Assembly: GCA_012295275.1 (NCBI GenBank)
Contig: CM022675.1
Coordinates: forward strand, 9,672,001-9,736,000
DNA length: 64,000 nucleotides
Origin: Chrysomallon squamiferum
Taxonomy: Eukaryota; Animalia; Mollusca
Reading direction: 5' to 3'
Part shown: positions 59,365 through 64,000 of the stretch, one piece after another
Position numbering within the stretch: the first letter of the stretch is position 1
Layout of the letters: every line of letters starts with the position of its first letter
Program-made: the position numbers and the translations under genes
The notes under the pieces: generated by a model
What the model saw: the letters and a program-made list of their open reading frames with translations, nothing else
Told to the model about the DNA's origin: nothing
Databases searched by the model: none

Positions 59365-60620
59365 TTCAGATCCCTAATCTTCCCAGACGTTTACCGTCTC
59401 CCTGTGACGTTGAAATAGCGCTAATCCAGGATTAAAATACAGCATCAGTGGATTAGTAGTGTCTGTTAAATTGGATTTCTGTTTTGATACTACATTTTCC
59501 CTTGTGTAACGAACAGCCATTTCCAACATAAACAACCGAATAACTGTAGTCAAAAGGAATTATAAAATGTTATGTATGTAGTTTATTTATCTCTCCATCC
59601 ATTAGTAGTTCATCTTTATCTTGTATGTATAGTTTCCCTCTTCTTCTCCTTCCATATACAAGTTCATCTGTTCGCTTATTTATTTGTCTGTCTGTGTCGA
59701 CGAATTCGTATCTGTCTGTCTCTATCTGTAGGTTTATCTGTCTGTCTGTCTATCTTTCTGTCTAATCTGACGATCATATCTCTTCTTCTCTGAACTAATT
59801 ACTTCGTACAAAGATGGTCATTGTTTCAGTGCAACAACATAGATTTAAAATATTTAGAATTTAAACAGCAACAGCAGCAATCATAACAGCATGGTGGCGA
59901 CAAGGATAAACTGGACTAATTTCATAATACAGTTTGTTTCCTCGAACATGCAGAATTTTTAATTTAATTTTATTTTAATTTTATTTTTTACATAAGATTT
60001 TAAAATTTTATTGTTATTTTTATAATTAATTATTTATTTTATCTATTTATTTGAAAAAAACAACAACTAAACAAAAAAAAACCAACAAAAAAAAACCCAC
60101 ACACATGAGAGACAGTTATTTGTATATTATATATCATTATGTATAGAGTCTGACATTTTGAAATCCGTTTGATGATCATCATCTGACTAATGCTATATAA
60201 AACGTATTCATACGAGCACGCGCAGATCCTTGAGTGACGCTTTACGTCTGCTTCGAAAGCCGAGCCAATTACTTAGTGCAAACGAAATCAATATCAGCTG
60301 GCGTCGGCTAGCGCAGAAGTATGTCAGCGATATTTTTAATTTATAATTTGGAAGCGGAAAATAAAAAAAAAAAAAAAAAAAAGATGAAGAAAAAAAAGAA
60401 ATAAAAATCATTTTATAATCCTCACAGCTGTGCAGAATCCATGATATGGGGGGGGGATTCATTTTAGTAAGCTCGCTGCACACAAGAAGTTGAGAGATGG
60501 ACGGACTTTTCAGTTTGAATAGAAACATTTACACTTATTAAACTGTCTTGTAGAAAAAAAAAAAAAAATAAATAAATAACTGCAACTATTCTATTCACTT
60601 TTGTGTTTCGAAATACCACT

Positions 60621-60667
<47 letters not shown>

Positions 60668-61378
60668 ACACAGAATACGAAATATAAACAACAACAAAAA
60701 CGATTTCCATGTTTCCCCTTTTGACACGAAACATTCAGCCTAAAAACCCAGAGCTAAAGTCAATGCACTTTTTCGCGCCAGTCAAACAACCTTGCCCTTT
60801 CTCGTCCAGTTTGTGGGTGAAGGAAGTTGTCTTAATCCGCGTGACGGCCTACTGATAACCAGCCATTCATCAAGCCCCGACTGTGACGTCAAAACGGGCT
60901 ATTTTCGGCCCAGCTAATTGGTTTTGTTCGCAGCCGAAGGTATAGTTAAACGACTTGAGGATTACTGCCTCTGGTAACACGAACTCCAAACCTGCACGGA
61001 GCAGTCGAGTGTTGTTTACTGTTTTCAAGCGGCGGAGCTGCATTTATTTACCGTGGTGTCTAAAATCAACGGTCTACGTGCCTCGCTCGGCAGTCAAGAC
61101 GAATGCACTCCGCTGCAAAACGTGACGAGAGTACAGGCGTTCGAAATTAGTTACCGTATATCTCGCATTATGCAGACCTTTTTTATTCTCTCTCTTTTTT
61201 TTTTTTTTCTTTTTAATCCTGTTCCTTTTGACACGACTGTAAATACATTAAATTCAGTTTTAAATAAATAAATAAAAATTTAAAAGTAATAGGGAGATAA
61301 GTAAGAATTTTTTTTAAAGATTAAATAAATAGTTTTGGTATTCGTTTAGTTATTAATTTTATGCGTTCATTCATAGTG

Positions 61379-61432
<54 letters not shown>

Positions 61433-61593
61433 AGTGAGAGAGCAAAATACAAATACAAATGAAATAAGAGTTAGAATAAGTATTATATCACATTAAGTTA
61501 TAAAGTTGTATCACCGTAAACAGAAGCTCTGTGGGTTACTTCCTGTTTGCGCCAGGGGTGTCGACCAGACTCCTTGACGCGTTATTATTTTTC

Positions 61594-61627
<34 letters not shown>

Positions 61628-62869
61628 CACAAAAAAAAACAACTAATAAAAGACATCATGCTGCGAGTTGCATGCTTAAATATGCACGTGCAATTTTGTG
61701 TAAATTACACGCCTTTGCTGGGCTTCGTAAATTTTAAAGCTACTAAATTAGTATAGCTTACGAGAAATAATTGCCATGGTAACCTAAGCTCTATTTTTTT
61801 TTTTTTTTTTTTTTTTTTTCTTTCCTATACTACAGGCAGCTTAAATTACTGTCAGGTTAAATAAATATCACCCATCTCCATTAAATAATGACGCGACAGA
61901 AATGGTTTAGTTTAGCAGTGACATTAAAAAAAAAATAATAATAAAATAAATAAAGAAAAAAAAGAAAAAAGAAAAATAAATCAAAAAAAAAAAAAAAAAA
62001 AAAACAAGTCCATAAATTAGGACACATTATATGACGTAAGCCGAACACTCGATAAAACTCGGTTAAAACTCGTTTATTAACTTAATTATGGTTTACTCTG
62101 TATTAATAGGTATTATCTGTTTGTATAATGGAGTCTTTAAAATATCAGTAGGCGGGTTTCTTTTCCTTTTTATCACTGCCATCACCATTATTATTATTGT
62201 CATTATTATGCATACATACATACATACATACATACATACATACATACATACATACATACATGTATAGATAATACGTTCAAGTGTCCTCAGCGGCAAATGA
62301 GTTGTGATTGAATTTCTTCTATAGTTGCTGTTTCGTTTCTATATAGCAACCTACATTAAACTGAGAATACTCAGACCTGAATACATACGTACATACATCT
62401 ACTGATAGTACGTACATACGCACCGATGCACATAACTGTATACACATACATACATATATACATATATACATGCATGCATATATACATACATACATACATA
62501 CATATATTAATATATACACACATCATTTTTTTTAATGTCAAATTTCATCAGCGAGAAAGAAGTTCACCGTTTTTAACATTAATTCTATGTAAATTAGTCT
62601 CCCGCTTAACGATACCTCAATTAACGAGTGTAATCTGGAACGAATTACATCGTTAGACCGAGGTATTACTGTACATACACACACTTGCACACAAAAATGC
62701 ACATATGTATGCAGGTTAGTGCATTTAGGTTGTAATCAAAATGTGTAGAGCAGCCATAAAGTATGTATTCATCAATTTTTACTTCGAAAACATCTGTGAA
62801 ACTCGAGACAATCAAACGAATCATATTCGATGCATACAACGCATATGTATTGATGTTCATTCAGATTAG

Positions 62870-63443
62870 ACCGTGGCTTAAGCATCGTGATACGTATTGT
62901 ACCGTGGCTTCTGTATCTTGATACGTATTGTACCGTGACTTCTGCATCGTGATACGTATTGTACCGTGACTTCTGCATCGTGATACGCATTGTACCGTGA
63001 CTTCTGCATCGTGATACGTATATTTACCGTGACTTCTGCATCGTGATACGTATTAAACCGTGACTTCTGTATCTTGATACGTATTGTACCGTGACTTCTG
63101 TATCTTGATACGTATTGTACCGTGGCTTCTGCATCGTAATACGTATTAAACCGTGACTTCTGTATCTTGATACGTATTGTATCGTGACTTCTGCATCGTA
63201 ATACGTATTATACCGTGACTTCTGCATCGTGATACGTATTGTACCGTAACTTCTGTGTCTTGATACGTATTATACCGTGACTTCTGTATCTTGATACGTA
63301 TTATACCGTGACTTCTGCATCGTAATACGTATTATACCGTGACTTCTGTATCTTGATACATATTATACCGTGACTTCTGCATCGTGATACATATTGTACC
63401 GTGGTTTCTGCGTCGTTTTACGTATTGTACCCTGACTTCTGTT
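62870..63443. repeat. 31-bp CpG-containing minisatellite ACCGTGACTTCTGCATCGTGATACGTATTGT, ~18 copies
   Basis: Head-to-tail units with no spacers. Two main variants (GCATCG / GTATCT). Confidence 0.95.
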
Positions 63444-63545
63444 TTGTACCCCGGATTTTGTAAACTGATAGTTATCGTATCGTGATACTAATATATCGCG
63501 AATTCTGTGTTACACATTGTACTACTCCTAATAATACTAATATCA

Positions 63546-63585
<40 letters not shown>

Positions 63586-64000
63586 ATTATAAAATCACCT
63601 TAACGTGCGTATATCAGGAAAACATTATTTATTTTTCGTCCAGATTTCATTCTTTTCTTTTCTTTCTTAAAATATCTGTATCTACGAAATGACGTCACAA
63701 CAAAACGTAAAAACCAAAAACTGGACGCCTGTTTTAATTTATACAGGCTGTATATTGTGTTGTCATATTTTAATTATTATCAAAAGTTCGTGGTCGACTT
63801 AAAAAAAAGAAGAAGTAAAGATGACGTCATTTAAGTTCGTGGTCGACTAAAAACGATGATGTCAATTTATAACTTAAACAATTATTTTCCATACACGTTG
63901 CCTAGCAGCGCATTACTTATCTATCTGTTTATCATTAACAGTTGAATATCGCTTTAAATGGAGGAAAGCAAGACTAATAAATCAAGCGTTAAGCATTAAG

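Overview
Eukaryotic (animal) genomic DNA: very AT-rich and dense in microsatellites and minisatellites. The repeat style resembles lophotrochozoan/gastropod genomes (inference only). One gene is well supported. It has a giant GC/CpG-rich minus-strand coding exon (36196-41411) encoding a 1737-aa protein with four C2H2 zinc fingers, two CtBP-type PxDLS motifs and several CoRNR-box-like helices, preceded by candidate 5'UTR exons at 43629-43805 and near 57031. A second minus-strand gene appears to start at a YY1/CRE/ETS promoter near 23.1 kb. Its first coding exon candidate is 13119-13287, and no convincing further coding exons are visible in the window. A near-perfect CTCF motif lies between the two genes. 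The rest is intron/intergenic DNA with tandem arrays, decayed SINE-like and LTR-like fragments and motif clusters. Most short ORFs in the track are simple-repeat artefacts. I found no prokaryotic system, CRISPR array, rRNA or tRNA gene. No wholly new system can be demonstrated; the best candidate for novelty is the corepressor-like zinc-finger protein and its translational/splicing control.
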